DNA of 64,000 nt, from positions 1,178,001 to 1,242,000 of the forward strand of contig CP145418.1 of NCBI GenBank assembly GCA_036867785.1, written 5' to 3'. Made by a program: the position numbers and the translations under genes. The DNA comes from Plasmodiophora brassicae (Eukaryota). Below are positions 1 to 15,000 of this stretch, piece by piece (position 1 is the stretch's first letter; every line of letters begins with the position of its first letter). Under the pieces are notes generated by a model that saw only the letters and a program-made list of their open reading frames with translations, did no database searches and was not told the origin of the DNA.

Positions 1-3000
1 CGTCGTCGGCTACCGTCGTCATTGACAAGAGCACGTCGTCGGCGTTCTCAGTTGGCGTCGGCGGTGCCCTGACCGACGCGATGCTGCTGATGGTCACGAC
101 GACAGGTGTATTGCAGGTCGGGGACACCCTGGTCTCAGATTTGTCGGTTGTCGGGTTTGACCGATCGACACGTTCGGAGTCGCTGCTCAGCCTGCGGGCT
201 TCGAATTCCGTGACGTTCTCCACGTCGGCCACGACCGTGTACGCGAACCTGTACGTGTCCACGGCCGGCAACGTCGCTGTCAACACCGCGCTGCACGTGC
301 CGAACGGGTACGTCCAGATCTTCGCGGATAACGATGCCAACCTGGCTGGCTCGTTTACCGTCGCGGCGTCGACGACGATCACGGTGTCGCTGGCGCTGAC
401 GAGCTTTTCGGTTTCGTGCGCCGACGTCGTCATCGGCAACGGCGCATCACTGGCCCTCTCTACTGCAAGCGTGTCGATTTCCAGCACGAGCACGTTGCCG
501 ATCCAGTTTGGCGGGTCGTCGTCGTCTGGCACCTGGGTCGACATATCGTCGACCGAGGCGGCATCCATCACGACGTCGACGTCGTGGAAGCTGATCAGCA
601 AGATTATCACGATCCGGGCGCTGTCGTCCGGCACAGTTGTCGGGTCGGTCGAGCTGGACGCCCGTGTTTCCGGCGGGCAGATTACGTTCAGCGCGTCGTC
701 CGTCTTCGACAGCCTGAATGCGACCGCTGAGGCCGGGCTGGCTGTCAACGCCCCTATAACGACTATCGTCGGGCAGCTCGCTCTGGATGGCGATTACGAT
801 CCGACGTCGGGCGGGCGGACTGCATTCGCCGCCAGCGCCACGCTTTCGGCTAAAGCGAACCTGCTGCTGTGCCCGAGGTCCCGCAGCGCCATCGACGTGG
901 TTGCCCCTGCGACCTGGTCCGCCCAGGGCAACGTCCAGTTGTACACGGGTGTGCGCACGACCGGCAGCGGGTCGACGCTCTCCATCCTAGCGGACAGTGC
1001 CGCGGCTGGCTCTGGTCAGCTGATCTTCGCTGGCACGGCAAACATATCGGTTCAAGCCCCGGTCGTCAGCACGGTCTACCTTCGCGCCAGCGCCATGCAG
1101 TGGTCGACAGGGTTCCGGCTATCGGCGTCGTCGGCTACCGTCGTCATTGACAAGAGCACGTCGTCGGCGTTCTCAGTTGGCGTCGGCGGTGCCCTGACCG
1201 ACGCGATGCTGCTGATGGTCACGACGACAGGTGTATTGCAGGTCGGGGACACCCTGGTCTCAGATTTGTCGGTTGTCGGGTTTGACCGATCGACACGTTC
1301 GGAGTCGCTGCTCAGCCTGCGGGCTTCGAATTCCGTGACGTTCTCCACGTCGGCCACGACCGTGTACGCGAACCTGTACGTGTCCACGGCCGGCAACGTC
1401 GCTGTCAACACCGCGCTGCACGTGCCGAACGGGTACGTCCAGATCTTCGCGGATAACGATGCCAACCTGGCTGGCTCGTTTACCGTCGCGGCGTCGACGA
1501 CGATCACGGTGTCGCTGGCGCTGACGAGCTTTTCGGTTTCGTGCGCCGACGTCGTCATCGGCAACGGCGCATCACTGGCCCTCTCTACTGCAAGCGTGTC
1601 GATTTCCAGCACGAGCACGTTGCCGATCCAGTTTGGCGGGTCGTCGTCGTCTGGCACCTGGGTCGACATATCGTCGACCGAGGCGGCATCCATCACGACG
1701 TCGACGTCGTGGAAGCTGATCAGCAAGATTATCACGATCCGGGCGCTGTCGTCCGGCACAGTTGTCGGGTCGGTCGAGCTGGACGCCCGTGTTTCCGGCG
1801 GGCAGATTACGTTCAGCGCGTCGTCCGTCTTCGACAGCCTGAATGCGACCGCTGAGGCCGGGCTGGCTGTCAACGCCCCTATAACGACTATCGTCGGGCA
1901 GCTCGCTCTGGATGGCGATTACGATCCGACGTCGGGCGGGCGGACTGCATTCGCCGCCAGCGCCACGCTTTCGGCTAAAACGAACCTGCTGCTGTGCCCG
2001 AGGTCCCGCAGCGCCATCGACGTGGTTGCCCCTGCGACCTGGTCCGCCCAGGGCAACGTCCAGTTGTACACGGGTGTGCGCACGACCGGCAGCGGGTCGA
2101 CGCTCTCCATCCTAGCGGACAGTGCCGCGGCTGGCTCTGGTCAGCTGATCTTCGCTGGCACGGCAAACATATCGGTTCAAGCCCCGGTCGTCAGCACGGT
2201 CTACCTTCGCGCCAGCGCCATGCAGTGGTCGACAGGGTTCCGGCTATCGGCGTCGTCGGCTACCGTCGTCATTGACAAGAGCACGTCGTCGGCGTTCTCA
2301 GTTGGCGTCGGCGGTGCCCTGACCGACGCGATGCTGCTGATGGTCACGACGACAGGTGTATTGCAGGTCGGGGACACCCTGGTCTCAGATTTGTCGGTTG
2401 TCGGGTTTGACCGATCGACACGTTCGGAGTCGCTGCTCAGCCTGCGGGCTTCGAATTCCGTGACGTTCTCCACGTCGGCCACGACCGTGTACGCGAACCT
2501 GTACGTGTCCACGGCCGGCAACGTCGCTGTCAACACCGCGCTGCACGTGCCGAACGGGTACGTCCAGATCTTCGCGGATAACGATGCCAACCTGGCTGGC
2601 TCGTTTACCGTCGCGGCGTCGACGACGATCACGGTGTCGCTGGCGCTGACGAGCTTTTCGGTTTCGTGCGCCGACGTCGTCATCGGCAACGGCGCATCAC
2701 TGGCCCTCTCTACTGCAAGCGTGTCGATTTCCAGCACGAGCACGTTGCCGATCCAGTTTGGCGGGTCGTCGTCGTCTGGCACCTGGGTCGACATATCGTC
2801 GACCGAGGCGGCATCCATCACGACGTCGACGTCGTGGAAGCTGATCAGCAAGATTATCACGATCCGGGCGCTGTCGTCCGGCACAGTTGTCGGGTCGGTC
2901 GAGCTGGACGCCCGTGTTTCCGGCGGGCAGATTACGTTCAGCGCGTCGTCCGTCTTCGACAGCCTGAATGCGACCGCTGAGGCCGGGCTGGCTGTCAACG

Positions 3001-6000
3001 CCCCTATAACGACTATCGTCGGGCAGCTCGCTCTGGATGGCGATTACGATCCGACGTCGGGCGGGCGGACTGCATTCGCCGCCAGCGCCACGCTTTCGGC
3101 TAAAGCGAACCTGCTGCTGTGCCCGAGGTCCCGCAGCGCCATCGACGTGGTTGCCCCTGCGACCTGGTCCGCCCAGGGCAACGTCCAGTTGTACACGGGT
3201 GTGCGCACGACCGGCAGCGGGTCGACGCTCTCCATCCTAGCGGACAGTGCCGCGGCTGGCTCTGGTCAGCTGATCTTCGCTGGCACGGCAAACATATCGG
3301 TTCAAGCCCCGGTCGTCAGCACGGTCTACCTTCGCGCCAGCGCCATGCAGTGGTCGACAGGGTTCCGGCTATCGGCGTCGTCGGCTACCGTCGTCATTGA
3401 CAAGAGCACGTCGTCGGCGTTCTCAGTTGGCGTCGGCGGTGCCCTGACCGACGCGATGCTGCTGATGGTCACGACGACAGGTGTATTGCAGGTCGGGGAC
3501 ACCCTGGTCTCAGATTTGTCGGTTGTCGGGTTTGACCGATCGACACGTTCGGAGTCGCTGCTCAGCCTGCGGGCTTCGAATTCCGTGACGTTCTCCACGT
3601 CGGCCACGACCGTGTACGCGAACCTGTACGTGTCCACGGCCGGCAACGTCGCTGTCAACACCGCGCTGCACGTGCCGAACGGGTACGTCCAGATCTTCGC
3701 GGATAACGATGCCAACCTGGCTGGCTCGTTTACCGTCGCGGCGTCGACGACGATCACGGTGTCGCTGGCGCTGACGAGCTTTTCGGTTTCGTGCGCCGAC
3801 GTCGTCATCGGCAACGGCGCATCACTGGCCCTCTCTACTGCAAGCGTGTCGATTTCCAGCACGAGCACGTTGCCGATCCAGTTTGGCGGGTCGTCGTCGT
3901 CTGGCACCTGGGTCGACATATCGTCGACCGAGGGCGGCATCCATCACGACGTCGACGTCGTGGAAGCTGATCAGCAAGATTATCACGATCCGGGCGCTGT
4001 CGTCCGGCACAGTTGTCGGGTCGGTCGAGCTGGACGCCCGTGTTTCCGGCGGGCAGATTACGTTCAGCGCGTCGTCCGTCTTCGACAGCCTGAATGCGAC
4101 CGCTGAGGCCGGGCTGGCTGTCAACGCCCCTATAACGACTATCGTCGGGCAGCTCGCTCTGGATGGCGATTACGATCCGACGTCGGGCGGGCGGACTGCA
4201 TTCGCCGCCAGCGCCACGCTTTCGGCTAAAGCGAACCTGCTGCTGTGCCCGAGGTCCCGCAGCGCCATCGACGTGGTTGCCCCTGCGACCTGGTCCGCCC
4301 AGGGCAACGTCCAGTTGTACACGGGTGTGCGCACGACCGGCAGCGGGTCGACGCTCTCCATCCTAGCGGACAGTGCCGCGGCTGGCTCTGGTCAGCTGAT
4401 CTTCGCTGGCACGGCAAACATATCGGTTCAAGCCCCGGTCGTCAGCACGGTCTACCTTCGCGCCAGCGCCATGCAGTGGTCGACAGGGTTCCGGCTATCG
4501 GCGTCGTCGGCTACCGTCGTCATTGACAAGAGCACGTCGTCGGCGTTCTCAGTTGGCGTCGGCGGTGCCCTGACCGACGCGATGCTGCTGATGGTCACGA
4601 CGACAGGTGTATTGCAGGTCGGGGACACCCTGGTCTCAGATTTGTCGGTTGTCGGGTTTGACCGATCGACACGTTCGGAGTCGCTGCTCAGCCTGCGGGC
4701 TTCGAATTCCGTGACGTTCTCCACGTCGGCCACGACCGTGTACGCGAACCTGTACGTGTCCACGGCCGGCAACGTCGCTGTCAACACCGCGCTGCACGTG
4801 CCGAACGGGTACGTCCAGATCTTCGCGGATAACGATGCCAACCTGGCTGGCTCGTTTACCGTCGCGGCGTCGACGACGATCACGGTGTCGCTGGCGCTGA
4901 CGAGCTTTTCGGTTTCGTGCGCCGACGTCGTCATCGGCAACGGCGCATCACTGGCCCTCTCTACTGCAAGCGTGTCGATTTCCAGCACGAGCACGTTGCC
5001 GATCCAGTTTGGCGGGTCGTCGTCGTCTGGCACCTGGGTCGACATATCGTCGACCGAGGCGGCATCCATCACGACGTCGACGTCGTGGAAGCTGATCAGC
5101 AAGATTATCACGATCCGGGCGCTGTCGTCCGGCACAGTTGTCGGGTCGGTCGAGCTGGACGCCCGTGTTTCCGGCGGGCAGATTACGTTCAGCGCGTCGT
5201 CCGTCTTCGACAGCCTGAATGCGACCGCTGAGGCCGGGCTGGCTGTCAACGCCCCTATAACGACTATCGTCGGGCAGCTCGCTCTGGATGGCGATTACGA
5301 TCCGACGTCGGGCGGGCGGACTGCATTCGCCGCCAGCGCCACGCTTTCGGCTAAAACGAACCTGCTGCTGTGCCCGAGGTCCCGCAGCGCCATCGACGTG
5401 GTTGCCCCTGCGACCTGGTCCGCCCAGGGCAACGTCCAGTTGTACACGGGTGTGCGCACGACCGGCAGCGGGTCGACGCTCTCCATCCTAGCGGACAGTG
5501 CCGCGGCTGGCTCTGGTCAGCTGATCTTCGCTGGCACGGCAAACATATCGGTTCAAGCCCCGGTCGTCAGCACGGTCTACCTTCGCGCCAGCGCCATGCA
5601 GTGGTCGACAGGGTTCCGGCTATCGGCGTCGTCGGCTACCGTCGTCATTGACAAGAGCACGTCGTCGGCGTTCTCAGTTGGCGTCGGCGGTGCCCTGACC
5701 GACGCGATGCTGCTGATGGTCACGACGACAGGTGTATTGCAGGTCGGGGACACCCTGGTCTCAGATTTGTCGGTTGTCGGGTTTGACCGATCGACACGTT
5801 CGGAGTCGCTGCTCAGCCTGCGGGCTTCGAATTCCGTGACGTTCTCCACGTCGGCCACGACCGTGTACGCGAACCTGTACGTGTCCACGGCCGGCAACGT
5901 CGCTGTCAACACCGCGCTGCACGTGCCGAACGGGTACGTCCAGATCTTCGCGGATAACGATGCCAACCTGGCTGGCTCGTTTACCGTCGCGGCGTCGACG

Positions 6001-9000
6001 ACGATCACGGTGTCGCTGGCGCTGACGAGCTTTTCGGTTTCGTGCGCCGACGTCGTCATCGGCAACGGCGCATCACTGGCCCTCTCTACTGCAAGCGTGT
6101 CGATTTCCAGCACGAGCACGTTGCCGATCCACTTTGGCGGGTCGTCGTCGTCTGGCACCTGGGTCGACATATCGTCGACCGAGGCGGCATCCATCACGAC
6201 GTCGACGTCGTGGAAGCTGATCAGCAAGATTATCACGATCCGGGCGCTGTCGTCCGGCACAGTTGTCGGGTCGGTCGAGCTGGACGCCCGTGTTTCCGGC
6301 GGGCAGATTACGTTCAGCGCGTCGTCCGTCTTCGACAGCCTGAATGCGACCGCTGAGGCCGGGCTGGCTGTCAACGCCCCTATAACGACTATCGTCGGGC
6401 AGCTCGCTCTGGATGGCGATTACGATCCGACGTCGGGCGGGCGGACTGCATTCGCCGCCAGCGCCACGCTTTCGGCTAAAGCGAACCTGCTGCTGTGCCC
6501 GAGGTCCCGCAGCGCCATCGACGTGGTTGCCCCTGCGACCTGGTCCGCCCAGGGCAACGTCCAGTTGTACACGGGTGTGCGCACGACCGGCAGCGGGTCG
6601 ACGCTCTCCATCCTAGCGGACAGTGCCGCGGCTGGCTCTGGTCAGCTGATCTTCGCTGGCACGGCAAACATATCGGTTCAAGCCCCCGGTCGTCAGCACG
6701 GTCTACCTTCGCGCCAGCGCCATGCAGTGGTCGACAGGGTTCCGGCTATCGGCGTCGTCGGCTACCGTCGTCATTGACAAGAGCACGTCGTCGGCGTTCT
6801 CAGTTGGCGTCGGCGGTGCCCTGACCGACGCGATGCTGCTGATGGTCACGACGACAGGTGTATTGCAGGTCGGGGACACCCTGGTCTCAGATTTGTCGGT
6901 TGTCGGGTTTGACCGATCGACACGTTCGGAGTCGCTGCTCAGCCTGCGGGCTTCGAATTCCGTGACGTTCTCCACGTCGGCCACGACCGTGTACGCGAAC
7001 CTGTACGTGTCCACGGCCGGCAACGTCGCTGTCAACACCGCGCTGCACGTGCCGAACGGGTACGTCCAGATCTTCGCGGATAACGATGCCAACCTGGCTG
7101 GCTCGTTTACCGTCGCGGCGTCGACGACGATCACGGTGTCGCTGGCGCTGACGAGCTTTTCGGTTTCGTGCGCCGACGTCGTCATCGGCAACGGCGCATC
7201 ACTGGCCCTCTCTACTGCAAGCGTGTCGATTTCCAGCACGAGCACGTTGCCGATCCAGTTTGGCGGGTCGTCGTCGTCTGGCACCTGGGTCGACATATCG
7301 TCGACCGAGGCGGCATCCATCACGACGTCGACGTCGTGGAAGCTGATCAGCAAGATTATCACGATCCGGGCGCTGTCGTCCGGCACAGTTGTCGGGTCGG
7401 TCGAGCTGGACGCCCGTGTTTCCGGCGGGCAGATTACGTTCAGCGCGTCGTCCGTCTTCGACAGCCTGAATGCGACCGCTGAGGCCGGGCTGGCTGTCAA
7501 CGCCCCTATAACGACTATCGTCGGGCAGCTCGCTCTGGATGGCGATTACGATCCGACGTCGGGCGGGCGGACTGCATTCGCCGCCAGCGCCACGCTTTCG
7601 GCTAAAACGAACCTGCTGCTGTGCCCGAGGTCCCGCAGCGCCATCGACGTGGTTGCCCCTGCGACCTGGTCCGCCCAGGGCAACGTCCAGTTGTACACGG
7701 GTGTGCGCACGACCGGCAGCGGGTCGACGCTCTCCATCCTAGCGGACAGTGCCGCGGCTGGCTCTGGTCAGCTGATCTTCGCTGGCACGGCAAACATATC
7801 GGTTCAAGCCCCGGTCGTCAGCACGGTCTACCTTCGCGCCAGCGCCATGCAGTGGTCGACAGGGTTCCGGCTATCGGCGTCGTCGGCTACCGTCGTCATT
7901 GACAAGAGCACGTCGTCGGCGTTCTCAGTTGGCGTCGGCGGTGCCCTGACCGACGCGATGCTGCTGATGGTCACGACGACAGGTGTATTGCAGGTCGGGG
8001 ACACCCTGGTCTCAGATTTGTCGGTTGTCGGGTTTGACCGATCGACACGTTCGGAGTCGCTGCTCAGCCTGCGGGCTTCGAATTCCGTGACGTTCTCCAC
8101 GTCGGCCACGACCGTGTACGCGAACCTGTACGTGTCCACGGCCGGCAACGTCGCTGTCAACACCGCGCTGCACGTGCCGAACGGGTACGTCCAGATCTTC
8201 GCGGATAACGATGCCAACCTGGCTGGCTCGTTTACCGTCGCGGCGTCGACGACGATCACGGTGTCGCTGGCGCTGACGAGCTTTTCGGTTTCGTGCGCCG
8301 ACGTCGTCATCGGCAACGGCGCATCACTGTCCCTCTCTACTGCAAGCGTGTCGATTTCCAGCACGAGCACGTTGCCGATCCAGTTTGGCGGGTCGTCGTC
8401 GTCTGGCACCTGGGTCGACATATCGTCGACCGAGGCGGCATCCATCACGACGTCGACGTCGTGGAAGCTGATCAGCAAGATTATCACGATCCGGGCGCTG
8501 TCGTCCGGCACAGTTGTCGGGTCGGTCGAGCTGGACGCCCGTGTTTCCGGCGGGCAGATTACGTTCAGCGCGTCGTCCGTCTTCGACAGCCTGAATGCGA
8601 CCGCTGAGGCCGGGCTGGCTGTCAACGCCCCTATAACGACTATCGTCGGGCAGCTCGCTCTGGATGGCGATTACGATCCGACGTCGGGCGGGCGGACTGC
8701 ATTCGCCGCCAGCGCCACGCTTTCGGCTAAAGCGAACCTGCTGCTGTGCCCGAGGTCCCGCAGCGCCATCGACGTGGTTGCCCCTGCGACCTGGTCCGCC
8801 CAGGGCAACGTCCAGTTGTACACGGGTGTGCGCACGACCGGCAGCGGGTCGACGCTCTCCATCCTAGCGGACAGTGCCGCGGCTGGCTCTGGTCAGCTGA
8901 TCTTCGCTGGCACGGCAAACATATCGGTTCAAGCCCCGGTCGTCAGCACGGTCTACCTTCGCGCCAGCGCCATGCAGTGGTCGACAGGGTTCCGGCTATC

Positions 9001-12000
9001 GGCGTCGTCGGCTACCGTCGTCATTGACAAGAGCACGTCGTCGGCGTTCTCAGTTGGCGTCGGCGGTGCCCTGACCGACGCGATGCTGCTGATGGTCACG
9101 ACGACAGGTGTATTGCAGGTCGGGGACACCCTGGTCTCAGATTTGTCGGTTGTCGGGTTTGACCGATCGACACGTTCGGAGTCGCTGCTCAGCCTGCGGG
9201 CTTCGAATTCCGTGACGTTCTCCACGTCGGCCACGACCGTGTACGCGAACCTGTACGTGTCCACGGCCGGCAACGTCGCTGTCAACACCGCGCTGCACGT
9301 GCCGAACGGGTACGTCCAGATCTTCGCGGATAACGATGCCAACCTGGCTGGCTCGTTTACCGTCGCGGCGTCGACGACGATCACGGTGTCGCTGGCGCTG
9401 ACGAGCTTTTCGGTTTCGTGCGCCGACGTCGTCATCGGCAACGGCGCATCACTGGCCCTCTCTACTGCAAGCGTGTCGATTTCCAGCACGAGCACGTTGC
9501 CGATCCAGTTTGGCGGGTCGTCGTCGTCTGGCACCTGGGTCGACATATCGTCGACCGAGGCGGCATCCATCACGACGTCGACGTCGTGGAAGCTGATCAG
9601 CAAGATTATCACGATCCGGGCGCTGTCGTCCGGCACAGTTGTCGGGTCGGTCGAGCTGGACGCCCGTGTTTCCGGCGGGCAGATTACGTTCAGCGCGTCG
9701 TCCGTCTTCGACAGCCTGAATGCGACCGCTGAGGCCGGGCTGGCTGTCAACGCCCCTATAACGACTATCGTCGGGCAGCTCGCTCTGGATGGCGATTACG
9801 ATCCGACGTCGGGCGGGCGGACTGCATTCGCCGCCAGCGCCACGCTTTCGGCTAAAACGAACCTGCTGCTGTGCCCGAGGTCCCGCAGCGCCATCGACGT
9901 GGTTGCCCCTGCGACCTGGTCCGCCCAGGGCAACGTCCAGTTGTACACGGGTGTGCGCACGACCGGCAGCGGGTCGACGCTCTCCATCCTAGCGGACAGT
10001 GCCGCGGCTGGCTCTGGTCAGCTGATCTTCGCTGGCACGGCAAACATATCGGTTCAAGCCCCGGTCGTCAGCACGGTCTACCTTCGCGCCAGCGCCATGC
10101 AGTGGTCGACAGGGTTCCGGCTATCGGCGTCGTCGGCTACCGTCGTCATTGACAAGAGCACGTCGTCGGCGTTCTCAGTTGGCGTCGGCGGTGCCCTGAC
10201 CGACGCGATGCTGCTGATGGTCACGACGACAGGTGTATTGCAGGTCGGGGACACCCTGGTCTCAGATTTGTCGGTTGTCGGGTTTGACCGATCGACACGT
10301 TCGGAGTCGCTGCTCAGCCTGCGGGCTTCGAATTCCGTGACGTTCTCCACGTCGGCCACGACCGTGTACGCGAACCTGTACGTGTCCACGGCCGGCAACG
10401 TCGCTGTCAACACCGCGCTGCACGTGCCGAACGGGTACGTCCAGATCTTCGCGGATAACGATGCCAACCTGGCTGGCTCGTTTACCGTCGCGGCGTCGAC
10501 GACGATCACGGTGTCGCTGGCGCTGACGAGCTTTTCGGTTTCGTGCGCCGACGTCGTCATCGGCAACGGCGCATCACTGGCCCTCTCTACTGCAAGCGTG
10601 TCGATTTCCAGCACGAGCACGTTGCCGATCCAGTTTGGCGGGTCGTCGTCGTCTGGCACCTGGGTCGACATATCGTCGACCGAGGCGGCATCCATCACGA
10701 CGTCGACGTCGTGGAAGCTGATCAGCAAGATTATCACGATCCGGGCGCTGTCGTCCGGCACAGTTGTCGGGTCGGTCGAGCTGGACGCCCGTGTTTCCGG
10801 CGGGCAGATTACGTTCAGCGCGTCGTCCGTCTTCGACAGCCTGAATGCGACCGCTGAGGCCGGGCTGGCTGTCAACGCCCCTATAACGACTATCGTCGGG
10901 CAGCTCGCTCTGGATGGCGATTACGATCCGACGTCGGGCGGGCGGACTGCATTCGCCGCCAGCGCCACGCTTTCGGCTAAAGCGAACCTGCTGCTGTGCC
11001 CGAGGTCCCGCAGCGCCATCGACGTGGTTGCCCCTGCGACCTGGTCCGCCCAGGGCAACGTCCAGTTGTACACGGGTGTGCGCACGACCGGCAGCGGGTC
11101 GACGCTCTCCATCCTAGCGGACAGTGCCGCGGCTGGCTCTGGTCAGCTGATCTTCGCTGGCACGGCAAACATATCGGTTCAAGCCCCGGTCGTCAGCACG
11201 GTCTACCTTCGCGCCAGCGCCATGCAGTGGTCGACAGGGTTCCGGCTATCGGCGTCGTCGGCTACCGTCGTCATTGACAAGAGCACGTCGTCGGCGTTCT
11301 CAGTTGGCGTCGGCGGTGCCCTGACCGACGCGATGCTGCTGATGGTCACGACGACAGGTGTATTGCAGGTCGGGGACACCCTGGTCTCAGATTTGTCGGT
11401 TGTCGGGTTTGACCGATCGACACGTTCGGAGTCGCTGCTCAGCCTGCGGGCTTCGAATTCCGTGACGTTCTCCACGTCGGCCACGACCGTGTACGCGAAC
11501 CTGTACGTGTCCACGGCCGGCAACGTCGCTGTCAACACCGCGCTGCACGTGCCGAACGGGTACGTCCAGATCTTCGCGGATAACGATGCCAACCTGGCTG
11601 GCTCGTTTACCGTCGCGGCGTCGACGACGATCACGGTGTCGCTGGCGCTGACGAGCTTTTCGGTTTCGTGCGCCGACGTCGTCATCGGCAACGGCGCATC
11701 ACTGGCCCTCTCTACTGCAAGCGTGTCGATTTCCAGCACGAGCACGTTGCCGATCCAGTTTGGCGGGTCGTCGTCGTCTGGCACCTGGGTCGACATATCG
11801 TCGACCGAGGCGGCATCCATCACGACGTCGACGTCGTGGAAGCTGATCAGCAAGATTATCACGATCCGGGCGCTGTCGTCCGGCACAGTTGTCGGGTCGG
11901 TCGAGCTGGACGCCCGTGTTTCCGGCGGGCAGATTACGTTCAGCGCGTCGTCCGTCTTCGACAGCCTGAATGCGACCGCTGAGGCCGGGCTGGCTGTCAA

Positions 12001-15000
12001 CGCCCCTATAACGACTATCGTCGGGCAGCTCGCTCTGGATGGCGATTACGATCCGACGTCGGGCGGGCGGACTGCATTCGCCGCCAGCGCCACGCTTTCG
12101 GCTAAAACGAACCTGCTGCTGTGCCCGAGGTCCCGCAGCGCCATCGACGTGGTTGCCCCTGCGACCTGGTCCGCCCAGGGGCAACGTCCAGTTGTACACG
12201 GGTGTGCGCACGACCGGCAGCGGGTCGACGCTCTCCATCCTAGCGGACAGTGCCGCGGCTGGCTCTGGTCAGCTGATCTTCGCTGGCACGGCAAACATAT
12301 CGGTTCAAGCCCCGGTCGTCAGCACGGTCTACCTTCGCGCCAGCGCCATGCAGTGGTCGACAGGGTTCCGGCTATCGGCGTCGTCGGCTACCGTCGTCAT
12401 TGACAAGAGCACGTCGTCGGCGTTCTCAGTTGGCGTCGGCGGTGCCCTGACCGACGCGATGCTGCTGATGGTCACGACGACAGGTGTATTGCAGGTCGGG
12501 GACACCCTGGTCTCAGATTTGTCGGTTGTCGGGTTTGACCGATCGACACGTTCGGAGTCGCTGCTCAGCCTGCGGGCTTCGAATTCCGTGACGTTCTCCA
12601 CGTCGGCCACGACCGTGTACGCGAACCTGTACGTGTCCACGGCCGGCAACGTCGCTGTCAACACCGCGCTGCACGTGCCGAACGGGTACGTCCAGATCTT
12701 CGCGGATAACGATGCCAACCTGGCTGGCCTCGTTTACCGTCGCGGCGTCGACGACGATCACGGTGTCGCTGGCGCTGACGAGCTTTTCGGTTTCGTGCGC
12801 CGACGTCGTCATCGGCAACGGCGCATCACTGGCCCTCTCTACTGCAAGCGTGTCGATTTCCAGCACGAGCACGTTGCCGATCCAGTTTGGCGGGTCGTCG
12901 TCGTCTGGCACCTGGGTCGACATATCGTCGACCGAGGCGGCATCCATCACGACGTCGACGTCGTGGAAGCTGATCAGCAAGATTATCACGATCCGGGCGC
13001 TGTCGTCCGGCACAGTTGTCGGGTCGGTCGAGCTGGACGCCCGTGTTTCCGGCGGGCAGATTACGTTCAGCGCGTCGTCCGTCTTCGACAGCCTGAATGC
13101 GACCGCTGAGGCCGGGCTGGCTGTCAACGCCCCTATAACGACTATCGTCGGGCAGCTCGCTCTGGATGGCGATTACGATCCGACGTCGGGCGGGCGGACT
13201 GCATTCGCCGCCAGCGCCACGCTTTCGGCTAAAACGAACCTGCTGCTGTGCCCGAGGTCCCGCAGCGCCATCGACGTGGTTGCCCCTGCGACCTGGTCCG
13301 CCCAGGGCAACGTCCAGTTGTACACGGGTGTGCGCACGACCGGCAGCGGGTCGACGCTCTCCATCCTAGCGGACAGTGCCGCGGCTGGCTCTGGTCAGCT
13401 GATCTTCGCTGGCACGGCAAACATATCGGTTCAAGCCCCGGTCGTCAGCACGGTCTACCTTCGCGCCAGCGCCATGCAGTGGTCGACAGGGTTCCGGCTA
13501 TCGGCGTCGTCGGCTACCGTCGTCATTGACAAGAGCACGTCGTCGGCGTTCTCAGTTGGCGTCGGCGGTGCCCTGACCGACGCGATGCTGCTGATGGTCA
13601 CGACGACAGGTGTATTGCAGGTCGGGGACACCCTGGTCTCAGATTTGTCGGTTGTCGGGTTTGACCGATCGACACGTTCGGAGTCGCTGCTCAGCCTGCG
13701 GGCTTCGAATTCCGTGACGTTCTCCACGTCGGCCACGACCGTGTACGCGAACCTGTACGTGTCCACGGCCGGCAACGTCGCTGTCAACACCGCGCTGCAC
13801 GTGCCGAACGGGTACGTCCAGATCTTCGCGGATAACGATGCCAACCTGGCTGGCTCGTTTACCGTCGCGGCGTCGACGACGATCACGGTGTCGCTGGCGC
13901 TGACGAGCTTTTCGGTTTCGTGCGCCGACGTCGTCATCGGCAACGGCGCATCACTGGCCCTCTCTACTGCAAGCGTGTCGATTTCCAGCACGAGCACGTT
14001 GCCGATCCAGTTTGGCGGGTCGTCGTCGTCTGGCACCTGGGTCGACATATCGTCGACCGAGGCGGCATCCATCACGACGTCGACGTCGTGGAAGCTGATC
14101 AGCAAGATTATCACGATCCGGGCGCTGTCGTCCGGCACAGTTGTCGGGTCGGTCGAGCTGGACGCCCGTGTTTCCGGCGGGCAGATTACGTTCAGCGCGT
14201 CGTCCGTCTTCGACAGCCTGAATGCGACCGCTGAGGCCGGGCTGGCTGTCAACGCCCCTATAACGACTATCGTCGGGCAGCTCGCTCTGGATGGCGATTA
14301 CGATCCGACGTCGGGCGGGCGGACTGCATTCGCCGCCAGCGCCACGCTTTCGGCTAAAACGAACCTGCTGCTGTGCCCGAGGTCCCGCAGCGCCATCGAC
14401 GTGGTTGCCCCTGCGACCTGGTCCGCCCAGGGCAACGTCCAGTTGTACACGGGTGTGCGCACGACCGGCAGCGGGTCGACGCTCTCCATCCTAGCGGACA
14501 GTGCCGCGGCTGGCTCTGGTCAGCTGATCTTCGCTGGCACGGCAAACATATCGGTTCAAGCCCCGGTCGTCAGCACGGTCTACCTTCGCGCCAGCGCCAT
14601 GCAGTGGTCGACAGGGTTCCGGCTATCGGCGTCGTCGGCTACCGTCGTCATTGACAAGAGCACGTCGTCGGCGTTCTCAGCTGGCGTCGGCGGTGCCCTG
14701 ACCGACGCGATGCTGCTGATGGTCACGACGACAGGTGTATTGCAGGTCGGGGACACCCTGGTCTCAGATTTGTCGGTTGTCGGGTTTGACCGATCGACAC
14801 GTTCGGAGTCGCTGCTCAGCCTGCGGGCTTCGAATTCCGTGACGTTCTCCACGTCGGCCACGACCGTGTACGCGAACCTGTACGTGTCCACGGCCGGCAA
14901 CGTCGCTGTCAACACCGCGCTGCAACGTGCCGAACGGGTACGTCCAGATCTTCGCGGATAACGATGCCAACCTGGCTGGCTCGTTTACCGTCGCGGCGTC